A stretch of DNA of 64,000 nucleotides, taken from contig OX597815.1 of assembly GCA_951406725.2 (NCBI GenBank), positions 166,470,001 through 166,534,000 on the forward strand, written 5' to 3'. Position numbers and translations under genes: made by a program. This document shows positions 11,490-25,065 of this stretch, piece by piece. Origin of the DNA: Octopus vulgaris (lineage: Eukaryota). The notes beneath the pieces were generated by a model. It ran no database searches. It was given only the letters and a program-made list of their open reading frames with translations, and was not told the origin of the DNA. Within the stretch, counting starts at the first letter, position 1; each line of letters begins with the position of its first letter.

Positions 11490-12379
11490 ACTCTATATAT
11501 ATATACACACACACATATTATTCATTATATATGTAATAGATATATGTATGTGTTGTGTTTGTCCTCACTGCTTGGCAATTTTAACACTTTGGTAATAAGA
11601 GATCAATAGAAAATGTCCAAAACTCAAAGTTAGTACAAGGATCAATTTCTTTGACTAACATCCTTCAGCGTGGTGCTCCAGCAAGGCTGCAATCATATGA
11701 TAGAAGCAAATAAAAGAATAAAAGAGTAAGCTATAATAACAAATACACAATCGTAGCAATAGGTCTGGTTACTTTTAATCTGTTACTAGTTTCAGTCATT
11801 AGACTGTGGCCTTGCTGGAGCACCACCTTGATGGGATTAGTTGAAGGAATCATCCCTAGTTTTTATTTTTCAAGTTTGGTACTTATTTTATCAGTTTCTT
11901 TCACTGAATTGTTAATAATGTATGAGGACATAAACATAACTATCACTGGTTGTCAAGCAGTGGTAGTGGGAGAAAGATATTCTTGACTCTCATTGTGGTC
12001 TGCCAGGGCTGAAGACTCTGAATTTGTGAAGTTCATGTTCTCTTTGTTCTCCTGCAATTTTGTTCTCTTTACAGGAGGTTTCTTTCAGTATCTGTGTACC
12101 AAATCCACTCTTAAGGTTTTAGTCAACCTTAAGTTGTAGTAACAGACATTTTCCTAAGTAGCCATGAAGTGTAACTGAACCCAAGACCACATGGTTGGGA
12201 AGCAAGCCTCTTAACCATACATTCACATTATTTTGTTTCTTTCTAAATTTTAGAATTTAACACACTTTTTTAGAAACTTTCCACGCATTCTGTTTGATTT
12301 TCAAAATATCTTAAGAAATAATAGAATTGGTTTAGTACTCAATTCACATGCTAACGGGGTTTGAATACTTGGCATGACA

Positions 12380-12715
12380 CTCCAAGAGACTGTTTTATAA
12401 TGAAATGGAATAAGGCAAACACACAAGGTGGACAGAAAAAGCATTTCAAGGATTTACTCAAAACCTCGTCAAAGAGCTTTGAGATCAGCCCTGACACCTG
12501 GGAAATGAGCGCAAGATTGTGCTGCCTGGCAAAGCTGCACCAACAGAAGTGTCCACCTCCCAAAAACAGAACAGGATTCCAGGAGCACAAAGAGAACATG
12601 AACAACTTGTGACATCCTTCCAAGCACACATCAGACTGATTGGTCACCACTGAACACACTGTGCACCTTCTTTGTCTCCCATGGGATGTTCTTCATCATC
12701 TTTAACAATGCGAGT
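12380..12715 (+). mobile_element. RTE-clade LINE 3' relic
   Basis: Translates QGGQKKHFKDLLKTSSKSFEISPDTWE, typical of RTE/BovB C-termini; frameshifted. Confidence 0.7.
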
Positions 12716-14209
12716 CAAGAACTTCTTTCTCTTTCAGATGAAAGGACAATTTGTAAATATCTGACTGGCACTCCATTGATTACATTGATGAGTGTTCCAT
12801 TTTATTTGATCACTCATAAAATATGCAAGTGGCTGAGTACTCCAGTATCAGGACAAAATATCCCATGGACAAAATTATTATTGTTCTAATCAATAATAAA
12901 TACCTAAATTTTCTTTTATAAAATTTCACTTTCATAAAATAATTTTATTGTAAAGAAAGAGCAATATCCCAGGGTATATTGACTACTAGGGGATTTTGTT
13001 CAGCGGTGGGTGGCAGATTTTGTCCTAGTACTGAGCGCTCCACAGACACACATACCCTTAGAATAGTTCTCAGGGAGAATCAGTGTGACTCAGAACATGA
13101 CAAGGCTAGCCCTTCTGAATTACAGGTATAACTCATTTTTGCTTGATGTGTGGACTGGAGCAACATGAAATAAAGTGTCTTACTGAAGAACCCAACACAC
13201 CACCAGGAATCAAACTCATGATCTTATGATAATGAGCTGAATACACCTAACCACTAAGCCACATTCCTTCACTTATAATAAAGCATACAAACTAACCCTA
13301 ACTTCTAAACTTATGACATAATTTTTGACAACACAACCACCACCTGTTTCTCTAATATTCACTATAATTTTTAACCAGTCGTTAATATATTTTGTTACAA
13401 TTGTAGTCAAACTAGGATAGTTCAAAGAATACAAAAATAAACAAGATATAACAATAGAATTAAGCAAGAAGCAAAATTGAGGACATTTTCCATTCTCCTC
13501 TTTATTGTATTCTGTTGTATTAATGTCTGTGTTTATTTATAAATATATATATATATATATATGTTTAGATTTTTTTTTGTTTTATGCTTAGATTTAATAT
13601 ATACAAATCTCATTACAATTTTAACAAAACAAAATTATTTGACCTTTAAAAAAGATAAATCTTCACAACCACATAGTTCCAGGTTGAGTCCCACCATGTG
13701 ACACCTTGGGTAAGTGTCTTCTACTATAGCCCTGGGCTGACCAAAGCCTTGTAAGTGGATATGGCAGATGAAAACTGAAAGAAACTAGTCACACACACAC
13801 ACTTGTGTGTATTTTTGTTTGTCTTCCACCCACAACTTGGCAACTGGTGCTGGTTTATTTATAACCCAGAAACATAGCAGTTTGACAATAGAGACTAATA
13901 AAATAAGTAATAGTACTTAAAAAATAAGTACCAAGGTCAATTTGTTTAACTAAAACTCTTCGAAGTGGTGCCCCAGCATGGCCACGATATAATGACTAAG
14001 ACAATATATATGACAGAAATAAAATCATATTCTTTGCAGTAATGAAATAAAACAGTAGTTAGAATAAAAAAAAAAGTATGCTTCTTAGCAAGCAACTCAA
14101 ACAATGCTCTATAAACTTGTATCTCTTTGAAGAAGAAAAAATTTTCCAAAGCATTAAATATAATTTCTCACAGTAATTGAATTCTCTGTGAGTTATTAGT
14201 CATCTGAAA

Positions 14210-14556
14210 GAGGAGACCCCCTTCAGTCATGAAGGGCAGTGGGAATGCACTTAGAAAGTTACCCTCTGATGCAGAAGTCTAGGCAAAGTAGCCTAAGCCA
14301 CCCCTCTCCATGCCACCACTTTCCATGCCACCCCTCTCCAGCCTCCTCTCTCCATACCACCGATGTTACCGAAGGGAAAGGCAAAGGATGATACAGCTTG
14401 GCATGATGTTGCAACTCATTTCTACAGCTGAGTGAACTGGAGCAACATGATATAAAGTGTCTTGCTCAAAAACACAACACACAGCCCGGTCCGGGAATCA
14501 AACTCGCTACCTCGTGATTGTGAAATCAATGCTCTATCCATTAAGCCATGCACATT
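14210..14556 (-). mobile_element. SINE with family C head and a third 3' module
   Basis: Homologous to ~22475-22780 (-) and ~36600-36870 (+). Confidence 0.75.
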
Positions 14557-14599
14557 CACTGTTATTATCTACAAACATTTAAAACAAATTATTTGGTTA

Positions 14600-14990
14600 A
14601 CCAAATTCGATGACTGGCACAGGTGCCAGTGGAGCACTAACAGCTCCATCTGAGTGGGATCACTGCCAGAGCAGTTGTCTGGCTTCCGTGCTGGTGGCAC
14701 GTAAAAAGCAACATTTGAGCGTGATCATTACCAGCATCGCCTTATTGGCACTTGAACAAAAAATTTGAGCGAGGTCGTTGCCAGTGCCGCTGGACTGGCC
14801 CTTGTGCTAGTGATATGTAAAAGTACCCACTACTCTCTCGGAGTGGTTGGCGTTAGGAAGGGCATCCAGCTGTAGAAACTCTGCCAGATCAGATTGGAGC
14901 CTGGTGCAGCCATCTGGTTTGCCAGTCCTCAGTCAAATCGTCCAACCCATGCTAGCATGGAAAGCGGACGTTAAACAACGATGATGATGA
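14600..14990 (+). mobile_element. Retroposon family D with TGGTTGGCGTTAGGAAGGGCATCCAGC motif and (GAT)n tail
   Basis: Same 3' end at 57435-57606 (+) and 17915-18100 (-). Confidence 0.8.
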
Positions 14991-15141
14991 TCTAAAACTA
15001 CATTGTTTAATGTGTTCTTCCTTCAAGTTATTAGCTTGTAATTTGAGAGAGATATTGACTACCATTTCTAACTGGCTGAGTGACCAAGTAGATGCTTCCT
15101 TACAAGGGTTATGTTTCAACTCTGATTAAATAGACCTATCT

Positions 15142-15350
15142 AACCCATTTGTTACCATATTTCTTTTGACATATTCTACTTTTGTTTCAACTAATTTTCG
15201 AAATAGTAAAATTTTCTCATTAAGCTGATTTCTTAAACAAATTAATATAAAATTTTGATGGAAGATTATACTTTAGATCACTTTATAAACAGTAAGTTCA
15301 TGTCACAGAAGTAGGAGCTGTTTCAAATGAACTGGTCTCAAAATAGTTAA
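15142..15350. mobile_element. Second piggyBac-like MITE family
   Basis: TAACCCATTTGTTACC...AAAATAGTTAA; homologous to ~21005-21225. Confidence 0.55.
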
Positions 15351-15405
15351 AAATGCTTGACCATCCATCTTATCTTTTATTTAAGCATAGTATATCAAGG
15401 ACTGT

Positions 15406-15655
15406 GGAGGTGCATGGCTTAGTGGTTAGGGTGTCAGCATCATGATTGTAAAATTGTGGTTTCGATTCCTGGACTGGGCGACACGTTGTGTTCTTGAGCA
15501 AAACACTTCATTCCATGTTGCTCCAGTCCACTCAGCTGGCAAAAATGAGTAACGCTGTGATGGACTGACGTCCCGTCCAGCTGGGGAACACATACACCAT
15601 TGAAACCGGGAAACCGGGCCCATGAGCCTGGCTAGGCTTTAAAAGGGCGCATTTA
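15406..15655 (+). mobile_element. SINE family C (tRNA head TGGCTTAGTGGTTAGG, CORE-like and V-like domains)
   Basis: A/B-box-like motifs, TTGAGCAAAACACTT and GATGGACTGACGTCCCGTCCAG; related copy at ~6085-6320. Confidence 0.8.
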
Positions 15656-16424
15656 TTTATTGTTAATATCAAGGACTACATGGTAAAATATGCCATCCTC
15701 TGTATAAGACGTTAGCATTTGATCTCAAGATTTAGCTGCTCTTCTTATTAGATTGAGTGACTATGAAAAAGCTCTCTCATTGGCACAGATGTGTAGATTA
15801 ATGTAAATTCATTTACTTCCTTGTAACTTTCTACGTAATTGTTAAATAATTTATCTAAACAGCAATATCTAAAGTGTATGGCTGCTCTTTCTAGCATATT
15901 GAATGACTCTTAAGAAGCTCTATCATTGGTACATGTGTACATAGCTATGCATAGGAAAATACAAACACATCTACTTCCTTGTAGCTTTCTATATAATTGT
16001 TAAATAACTTATTTGTACAACTATATCTAATGGTTTTTTGTATACATGTGAAAGAAGTATTTCACTAGTTAGATAAACAGACAGATAGAAAGACGAGAGA
16101 GAAAGAGAGGAAATCCATTTGTAAATAGATGCATGACCAAAAACTATCATATTCAATTTTTCAAAATTGCCCACTTCTGTAAAGTATGTTCAAATGTAAG
16201 CAAGTTGTCTTAGATATCAAATGGTAAAAGTTATCTATAATTACATCTAGAACAGAGCTGAATGCATAGCACCACCGACTTCATTAATTTGTTCTCTTTT
16301 TGGATGTGATGTTTGAATCTCTTATGAAGTGGTGTTCTAAACACAACTAGACAGAACCTCTCTGAAACTTGTGATTTAATTATTTCTAAGGCATAATTTC
16401 TTTCTAACATAAATTATCTACCTT

Positions 16425-16627
16425 CCTATCTACCATATATCTGTCTGTTTACCATAAATCTGTCTGTTTAACAAATATCTGTCTGTCTACCATATATCTG
16501 TCTGTCTACCATAAATCTCTGTCTGTCTACCATATATCTCTGTCTGTCTACCATATATCTCTGTCTGTCTGTCTATTTATCTATCTGTCTATCTATCTAT
16601 CTGTCTTTCTGTCTATCTGTCTATCTG

Positions 16628-16665
<38 letters not shown>

Positions 16666-16680
16666 CTGCCTGCCTGCCTA
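16425..16680. repeat. TCTGTCTACCATATA minisatellite grading into (TCTA)n
   Basis: Seen directly. Confidence 0.85.
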
Positions 16681-17594
16681 TATACTAACATGTATATAAT
16701 GTGTCTGTGTGTGTGTGTGTGGGGGGTGAATAAGAGAGGGAGAGGGAGAGAGAGAAGGAGGTGTGGAGAGAAGCTTCAACACAAATTTCCCTCCATGAGA
16801 CACCGTTCTCTTATTCATTTGGCCACAGTACTGATCAATTCCAGATTCAGATCCCAACTGATGCAATGAAATACAATCTGGGACAATTTGGTCACAAAGG
16901 GACATCTTAACCCTGAAACTACAGTTGCACTTATAACCTTCTTATACACAATTTAATAACCCTTCATCAATTTCTTTTTAATTACTTTCTTTTGGTTAAA
17001 TACAAGTCCTTTGATACTTTTTCTTTTTTAATATGGTATCTGATTAATTGATTCATCATCAGCATATTACAAGTATTATTATTTTTTTTTCCCTCTTAGT
17101 AGTAAATGAAAACACCCCAATCTGTAGAGGCTTGGTTATATTACACAAAAGTATTGAATCACGCACAATAACATTAACCCTGGGTATTTTCTTGTTTGTT
17201 GGGGTGTTTTTTCTGATTTTATCTATGTTTTTTATGTACACATGAAGATATTTCTAAATTTTCTCATTGGATACTCTTATGCCAATGTCTTTACTCGTTA
17301 ACCTTTTAGTATTTAGATCATTCCATCAAATTGAATTAATGACACATTATCTCATAGTTTCAAGATTTCAATACCGTAGTTGTTTACTTCTAAAGTGACC
17401 TCTAAGGGTAAGTGTGAAAGGTCACACTGGCCAGTTTCAACATAAAAACTGGTTGAATTTTTGAACCAGTTATGGTCGTAAGATTGTGGTTTCAATTCCT
17501 GGCATCCTGTCCAGGTGGGGAATATACTGGTGTTTATGAGTTGGCATGCCTGAGAAGGTAACTTTACCTTTTACTGGCATTATTAGTTCTTCAA

Positions 17595-17912
17595 AGGAGG
17601 TAAGCTGGCAGAATCATTAGCACACTAGACAAAATGCTCTGTGTTCAAATTCTGCTGAGTTTAACTTTGTCTTTCATCCTTTTAGGGATTGATGTAATAT
17701 GTATCAGTTAAGTATTAGGTTCAATGTAATCAACTTGCACCCTTCTCCAAGATTTCAGGCTTTGTGCCTATGGTAGAATGGTATATTAGTATTCTTTCTA
17801 AAGGTAGTGAGCTGGACAAAATGCTTAGTGGCATGTCATCTGGCTTCACATTCTGATTTAAATGTCAATGAGGTCAACTTTGCCTTTCATCCTTTCGAGG
17901 TCGATAAAATAT
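17595..17912 (+). mobile_element. Two CpG-decayed SINE family A copies
   Basis: AAGCTGGCAGAATCATTAGCAC... and GCCTTTCATCCTTTCGAGGTCGATAAAA motifs. Confidence 0.7.
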
Positions 17913-17914
17913 AG

Positions 17915-18690
17915 CATCATCATCATCATCATTTAACGTCTGCTTTCCATGCTAGCATGGGTCGGATGATTTAACTGAGGACTGGTGAACCAGATGGCTG
18001 CACCAGGCTCCAATCTGATCTGGCAGAGTTTCTACATTTGGATGCCCTTCCTAATGCCAATCACTCCAAGAGTGTAGTGGGTGCTTTTACATGCCACCAG
18101 CATGATGGCCAGTCTGGTGGTACTGACAACGACCACGCTCAAATGGTGCTTTTTATTTGCCACCTGCACAGGAGTTAGTCCAGTGGCACTGGCAATAACC
18201 TCGCTTGAATGTTTTGTTCACATACCACTGGCACAAGTGCCAGTTAGGCAACGCAGGTAATGATCACACTCAAATGGTGCTTTTTATTTGCCACCTGCAC
18301 AGGAGTCAGTCCAGTGGCACTGGCAATGACCTCGCTCGACTGTTTTGTTCACATGCCACCGGCAAAAGTGCAAGTGAGGCAGCACAGGTAACGATCATGC
18401 TCAAATGGTGCTTTTTACATACCACCAGCATGGAAGCCAGAGAGCTGCTCTGGCAGTGATCCCGCTCAGATGGAGCTGTTAGTGCTCCAATGGCACAGGT
18501 GCCAGTCATCGAATTTTGTTCAATTTCACTTGCCCCAACAGGTCTTAGCAAGCAGAGTTTAGTGTCCAATGAAGGAAGGTTGGCATGGGTGCTTGTCGAA
18601 TTTGGTTCGATTTCAATTTCACTTGTCTCAATAGGTCTTCGCAAGAAAAGCTTTGTGTCCAAAGGAAAGGTACGCATAAGTGGGCTAGCT
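17915..18690 (-). mobile_element. Retroposon family D, long copy with internal tandem duplications
   Basis: Reverse complement of 14600-14990; an internal ~130-bp unit and an ~85-bp unit are each duplicated. Confidence 0.8.
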
Positions 18691-19376
18691 ACAAGAGTTA
18701 ATATAATCAACTACCCCACCATCTCTCGAAAATTTCAAGGCCTTGTGCATGTAATAGAATCAATTATTGTTACTGCTGTGAAAATGTTTCAGATGAGTAC
18801 AATAATTAATACATTAAGAAGTTCCAAGAGGTATTTATTTTAGTTGGCTAATGAGTCTTCCTCAAATTGCCATCCCTCTGTAATTCCCCTCCTCACGTTT
18901 TCCCTCAGATGTCAGTGTGCAGATGTTATGTTCGAGTTAAATATAAACTGCATTAATCACAACAATCTCAGAAGGACTTCAAAGGTCATAGACACAGCCC
19001 TTTCGCTTAACTAAGCCATAACACCCCACACTCAAAACACACACATACAGTAAGGAAATTGGGAGTTAAGTTTACCTCTCATGCTGCTGGTGTATTATTC
19101 TGCTGTAGGCTATCCATGACCTTGTTACTTGGCAACAGAGCAGGTAATGGAAAAGTTGAGAAGTTTATTAATAGGCAAATCTGTTTAGCTTTACATTTTT
19201 AACTGTTTTACTTCCGGACTTATGGTATTTTGTTGGAACAATTATTTTTACAGCTAGATGCCTGTATAACTACAAACAACTCATTTGGAAAGTAGGAGTA
19301 AGTAGGAGAGTGTTTTTGTCAGCCAGGCAAACTGGAGTAAGCTGAGTTATTTTCCTTGCTTAGTTTTAATGTCTAA

Positions 19377-19597
19377 CCCTTTAGCATTCAAACCGGCCAT
19401 AACCGGCCCAAATATTCTACTTGTTTTATGCCCAAATTTACCAGATCCAACCTTTCATACCTATCCCACAATGTGATTCTGAAAAATAAACAATCACATC
19501 ATTGAAATCTTGAAGCTATGAGATAATGCATGGTTGATTCAAAACAATGTGAATAAATAAACATTGCATCTGACAAAATAATCTGAATGCTAAAGAG
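19377..19597. mobile_element. piggyBac-like MITE
   Basis: (C)TAA-CCCTTTAGCATTCA...TGAATGCTAAAGAG-TTAA; inverted homologues at ~17300-17470, ~21937-22115 and ~40170-40375. Confidence 0.75.
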
Positions 19598-19842
19598 TTA
19601 AACATATGTGGTCAGTAGCACCAAAACTTCACATCTGTTTAATACAACTGGGAAACGATTTGTGCCAGCGTTTTTCATTTTCCCATCCCATATGGTAGGC
19701 TTTGTGCTTATGTGGAGATCAATATTGTTACTAAACTATTCTATATTTTCATTTTGTCATATTTATTTAAACCGTAAACTGGTTCTGACTGTTCATCGGT
19801 CATCACTTTGATATTTCATTGTTGAAATGTCAACACTTCTTG

Positions 19843-19886
<44 letters not shown>

Positions 19887-20136
19887 CAGTGGTGGACTGG
19901 ATCTAAAAATATTGGTTTGCCAGGAGACTAAGGGAGGGAGCCCACCCACAACTACAATGCTATCATTTAAATTTTTTTCTTTTTTGTTAAAAGTATTCTT
20001 TTCAACTGTCTGCAAACAGAGTCAGGCTGAAATAATGCATTCTTCCAGGTGTAAATAAAAAGTTCTCAAACTTGAGGGGATGGGCCCCCATATATGGATT
20101 CTAATGGTGCAGGGCAACCTGACCAGTCCACCACTG
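19887..20136. mobile_element. MITE with perfect 14-bp TIRs (hAT-like)
   Basis: CAGTGGTGGACTGG / CCAGTCCACCACTG; flanks TGTGTATA / TGTATATA. Confidence 0.85.
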
Positions 20137-20218
20137 TGTATATATATATATATATAAAACATTACATCTCATTGCACTTTTTAGCATCCTAATATTTATA
20201 ACCTTTCTTTTATTGTAG

Positions 20219-20350
20219 ACCTCTAAGGAAGAAAAATGGGTAGACTACATTTCACTCCTTAGATTTCCGGTTTATCTTCCTGCTCAGGATGTGTTGATTG
20301 AATTTCAAATGGAAGAAGGATCTGCAAATGGAATGACATTCATCTCAAAT
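20219..20350 (+). CDS. Internal coding exon (phase 0/0) of an unidentified gene
   Basis: Polypyrimidine tract plus TAG acceptor, GTAATT donor, 132 nt open: TSKEEKWVDYISLLRFPVYLPAQDVLIEFQMEEGSANGMTFISN; in frame with 24908. Confidence 0.65.
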
Positions 20351-21484
20351 GTAATTTGTCACATTTTTCTATCTTATTTTATTTTCTCCCTGGTAGTTTG
20401 CTTTCATTTTGTACAGTATAAGTTAGATGAAGTAATGCATCAATTTTTTTTTTTTACATACACAAACTTAAGTGTTATACACCTTTAGTAAAGTTATATT
20501 TACTATACTTGTTTCTTTCAAATCTTTTTGATACCATTCATTTATTGTCAATTTTAGAGGGACTTTTTTAAAACTTAATTTTTTGTATTTGCATTAGGGT
20601 TAATAAATAGATACCCTTTAACGTACTGTTCCCAAATCTTGCAAGTTGGCAGAATCAAATGCTGCCAAGGCTGACTATGCTTTTTGTCCTTTTGAGGTCA
20701 ATAAAATAAGTACCAGTTGAGAACAGGGATCAGTATAATCCACTAACACATTCCCAGTAAAATTGGTGGCCTTGTACCAAAATGTGAAACATTTTAAAGC
20801 ACTTCTGGATATATCCTATTATACAAGAATAAAAGAAAATAATAATTATGCAACAAGAATGAAAATAATATTCTGTGTTGAATGTTTCAATGAACAACTG
20901 CCATACTTTTAAGTGCTGAAGGTAAATATACTAACTAGGAGCAAGCTATTTTGAAATGTCATTTGGTTACTTATCTAGGAGTGTGATAAATTAACAGTTT
21001 GCTTACTTTAACACATTTTCGTTGAAGCATAGTCTTTTTTTTTAATTAATTTTGAAAATAATGAAGAATTTAGTAAATTAAAATTGTCATTATTGAGCTG
21101 GTGTTTGGAATATAAGTCCACATGAAACTTTGATGGAAGATTTTAATTTGGATGACTTTAAAAAAAGGGAGTTTGTATCAATTTGATGGGGGTGATCTCA
21201 AGTGGGTTGGTTTCAAAAAGCTTAATTTATGTGCCTAATATAAACCTGTTGGACTTTGCCTGATATCCACAATATCCCATGCTATAAAATGAAAGACATC
21301 TGATTTTTCCTTCTGTTTTACACTATGCTACAATGTGTGTGTGTATACACCCACATAAGCACTCACATTCACACACACAGACATACACGCACATACACTT
21401 GTGCTAGATAGGAACAATAGAATGGTCTATATTGGCACACTTATGTTCAACTCTGGAAGCACCTCTTATTGTTGATGTCTAGGT

Positions 21485-21670
21485 CAGTGCTCTACAACCA
21501 GTATGTTGTGGCACACCTGTGTGCCACGAGACGATGCTAGGTGTGCTACAGTGTAACCTGAATATAATATTTTCCCCTATATTTTTAATTATATTCTTTT
21601 CAAAATTCAGCAGTACACCTGAACTAAAACTATAATTGTACTGCAAGTGAAAAGAGGTTGCGGTGCTCTG
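21485..21670. mobile_element. hAT MITE, copy 1
   Basis: CAGTGCTCTACAACC...GGTTGCGGTGCTCTG; flanks GTCTAGGT/ACCTAGGT (6/8); homologous to 61317-61465. Confidence 0.8.
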
Positions 21671-23668
21671 ACCTAGGTGAGAAGAGAAAATGTTATCAGA
21701 CAGAGGAATCTTAAGTGAGTAGATTGTATGACTAGGAGTTCAGCAGTGTCTCTTAGTAGACTTGAACTTCTCATTTCATGGTCAAAAGTTCAAACCTTAA
21801 GTTCACTGCCATTGAGTTTTAGCCAGTAAAAGCACAGTTTAGATATTATTGTATCCAAAAGTGACATCTCCTGGGCATATAGCCTTAAAGATAAGTTTAA
21901 ACCAACTCTTTGAATTAAATGTTTTTTTGTTATTGAACCCTTTAGCATTCCAATTACTCTGTCAAATACAATGCTTATTTATTCACATTGTTTGGAATTA
22001 ATCCTGCATTATCTCAAAGCATTGATATTTCAATGATAAGATTGTTTGTTTATAAATTGACATTGTAAATTAGGTATGAAAGGCCAGATATGGCTTGTTT
22101 AAATGATAAAGAGTTCAGTACATACTGAAAGGAAAACCATAAAATTCATTGATTAACGTGGAATTTAACCCTTTTGATACAACATTCGTCACCCATCATC
22201 TCTTTGTACAAGTAGTCAGTCCTTCATAGGGGTTGAAACCCTCTGGAATGCTCTCTTGAACATGTTTCCCATTCTATTATCTGTCAAAAGACCAAACTAA
22301 TCCATTCATGTATGAATTTTAAAGGGGTGAAAATAGTGAATTGATGTAGACTAAAGTTATCAATGGCAATTTGTGCTATACAAAAAATCCTTCTACAATT
22401 TTTCCCAAATTGGAGGACCATAATATTAGAATCTACCTCTTCTCAGAGTACACAAGTTATTGAACTTTAGTAAAAGACTCCCTTTGGTCATGAACGACCA
22501 TGGAATGCATCTAGAAAGTTGCCATCCAAGGCACAAGTTCAGGCAAGGTGTTTACAGAAGACCAGCAGTCCAGCTTCCTCTGCCACTGATTTTATCCAAG
22601 GGAAAAGCAAAGGCCAATACAGCTTGGCACCAGTGATGTCGCCACTCATTTCTACAATTGAGTGAACTAGAGCACTGTGATATAAAGCTCAAGAACACAA
22701 CACAGCCCTATCTGAGAATCAAACTCACTACCTTATGATTGCAAGCCTGATGCTCTAACCACTGTGCCATGTGCCATCACAATTGAACTTTAAGGAGTGG
22801 GGAAACATGGGAGCCCCTACATTGTTTTTCACCCTGCTTGAATTAGCAGTCAGATCTCCTTCAGATAACATCCTATTATTTTAAGGACAACACACTGTAT
22901 AATGTAATATTGAATACACTATTCTAAACAAATGAATGGTTGATCATGGTTAAGCTAAACTACAGTTAAACAACAGTAACAATAACTTCTTTTTTTTTTA
23001 ATGAATTTTACTCAGTTAGCCCCACCCCAAACATTCAGTTTCAATAGAATTGAAAAGACTAGGAAGTTAGTCTTCACTCATTCTAAGACTGATAAACACA
23101 AAACAAAATAACAAAATAATAAAATAATGAACAAAAAGAAACAGTTTGAACAGAATGCCATTGGTGTGAAGAAAACTGAAGGTTAAGGACTGAGGAAGTA
23201 TCACAAACTAATTGGTCTTGTGAAAATTAGATTGAGCCTTTTAAGAATCTGAATAAGAGATATTGAGAAGAAACGAAGAGAATTGAATGGAATTTATTGT
23301 TGAACAGTGAGGATCTGTTTATGAAGAATTTCAGAAATTTGAATTAAATAGCAGCATTGAGAAAGGAATTTCCAAAGTAAATTTTATAGGAAGACAAGGC
23401 GTTTTTCTTTTTTTTTTCTTTTACTTGTTTCAGTCATAAGACTGTGGCCATACTGGAGGACCACCTTGCAGGATTTTAGATGAATGAATTAACCCTAGTG
23501 CTTTTTTTTTTTTGAATCCTGGTACTTAGTCTATCAGTGTCTTTCACCAAACTGGTTGTCAGGCGGTAGTGGGGGGAAAATGCAGACACACAGACACCAC
23601 CCACCACACATACATACATACATACATACATACATACATACATACATACATACATGCATATATATATA

Positions 23669-24060
23669 GGGGTTGGACAAAATTTCAAGCAAATTTATTT
23701 TGATATGGGGTAGGACTGCCTTTGGTAGTAATTACAGCTTAAATTCTATGAGGTATGGACTAGTACAAAGCTTGAATTGTTTCCAAAGGAATTTTTGTCC
23801 ATTCTTCAGCTAAAACAGTCTCCAGTTCTTGTAGTGATGATGGTGGAGGATATCGAATCCTTACTTGTTTTTCTAAAATGCACCATAAATGTTCAATGAT
23901 ATTGAGATCTGGGGACTGTGGTGGCCAGATAATATGTTCAACTTCTCTAGAATATTCCTCATGCCATTCAGTAACAACTTTTGTTGTGTGAATTGGTGGA
24001 AGATTGCATTTCCCTCCTGAAACAGTTCCACAACCATAGCATTTGATCAGATAAAATGTG
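23669..24060 (-). mobile_element. Tc1-like transposase C-terminal relic with element end
   Basis: Minus strand IWPPQSPDLNIIEHLWCILEKQVRIRYPPPSSLQELETVLAEEWTKIP...; internal stops. Confidence 0.88.
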
Positions 24061-24907
24061 TGTCTGTATTTATCTCCACATTACCACTTGTCAACCAGTA
24101 TTGATGCGTTTACATACCTGTAACTTAGCAGTTTGGCAAAAGAGACTGATAGAATAAATACTAGGCTTAAGAAATGAGTCTTGGGGTCGATTTGTTTAAC
24201 TAAAACCCTTCTTCAAAGTGGTACTACAGTATGGCTGCAGTCGGATGACTGAAACAAGTGAAAGAGTAAAGGAGTAAATCTGCTTGATCAGAACTGACCT
24301 GGAGGTCAGCAACTAATCTAATATAAAGGGCCTCTGAGTCTATGCTATTCAGCTATTCAATATTTCACTAATCTGCTGTAGTTCATTTGCAAAGATTTTC
24401 CATGCATATATTCCTTGCTATACAATACAAATATGAACTGCCTTTATCTGTCCTAAAATTAATACATGTTGGTAATAGCTAAGAAACTTTCATACCAGTA
24501 ATAGCAATTTTTTTTTTGTTGCTATCACACTGAATATGTACCTAAGCAGATTAGGTGCCAAACTAAAGGGTTCATAGCTTTACTGAGTATAAAACAAGTA
24601 AACTGCTTGCATAGAGATTTTGTATTATTAAATAAAACACAGCAATTACAATCTCATTGTGTTTAAAAGGTTAGGTAGTACTAAGATTACCCAGCTTGCT
24701 AAATAACAACATATTTGCTTCAACAGCACCATGTCAATTCTGAAAACTGTTGAAGTGGCCAACGGGCTATTTTAGTAAGAATCTATAACAGAGAGAAAGG
24801 ATATAAAAATAGTTTGTGGTATCTTGGGAGGGTCAGTATGCTATTATTTCAAAAACATGTACTAGTTCTATCTCACTTATTTATTTATTTATTTATTTGT
24901 CAATTAG

Positions 24908-24982
24908 CTAGATGACAGAATTCATGCTATTGATGAGGTCGTGAATGACGAAGAAAGGATTTTGACAAACCTGATTGATTGA
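24908..24982 (+). CDS. Terminal coding exon of the same gene
   Basis: T-rich acceptor ...CAATTAG, LDDRIHAIDEVVNDEERILTNLID-TGA, followed by AATAAA at 25053 and 25060. Confidence 0.6.
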   Translation, partial: LDDRIHAIDEVVNDEERILTNLID

Positions 24983-25052
24983 GTGATGAATTAACCAAAC
25001 GATTACTCGAACAATCGATTAGTTAATTGGTTAAATAGTTAATCAGTTGACA

Positions 25053-25065
25053 AATAAATAATAAA
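25053..25065 (+). terminator. Candidate polyadenylation signals
   Basis: Two AATAAA hexamers about 70 nt after the predicted stop. Confidence 0.35.

Noticed and set aside
15406-15480. tRNA gene
   Set aside because: SINE head running into a repeat body; no intact cloverleaf.
16245-16912. Two possible minus-strand exons after GTTTCAG acceptors
   Set aside because: Phases do not join, donors are weak and no protein is recognisable.
24983-25030. 3' UTR hairpin beginning ATGA as a possible SECIS
   Set aside because: Lacks the 3' GA of the quartet and no Sec codon is supported.
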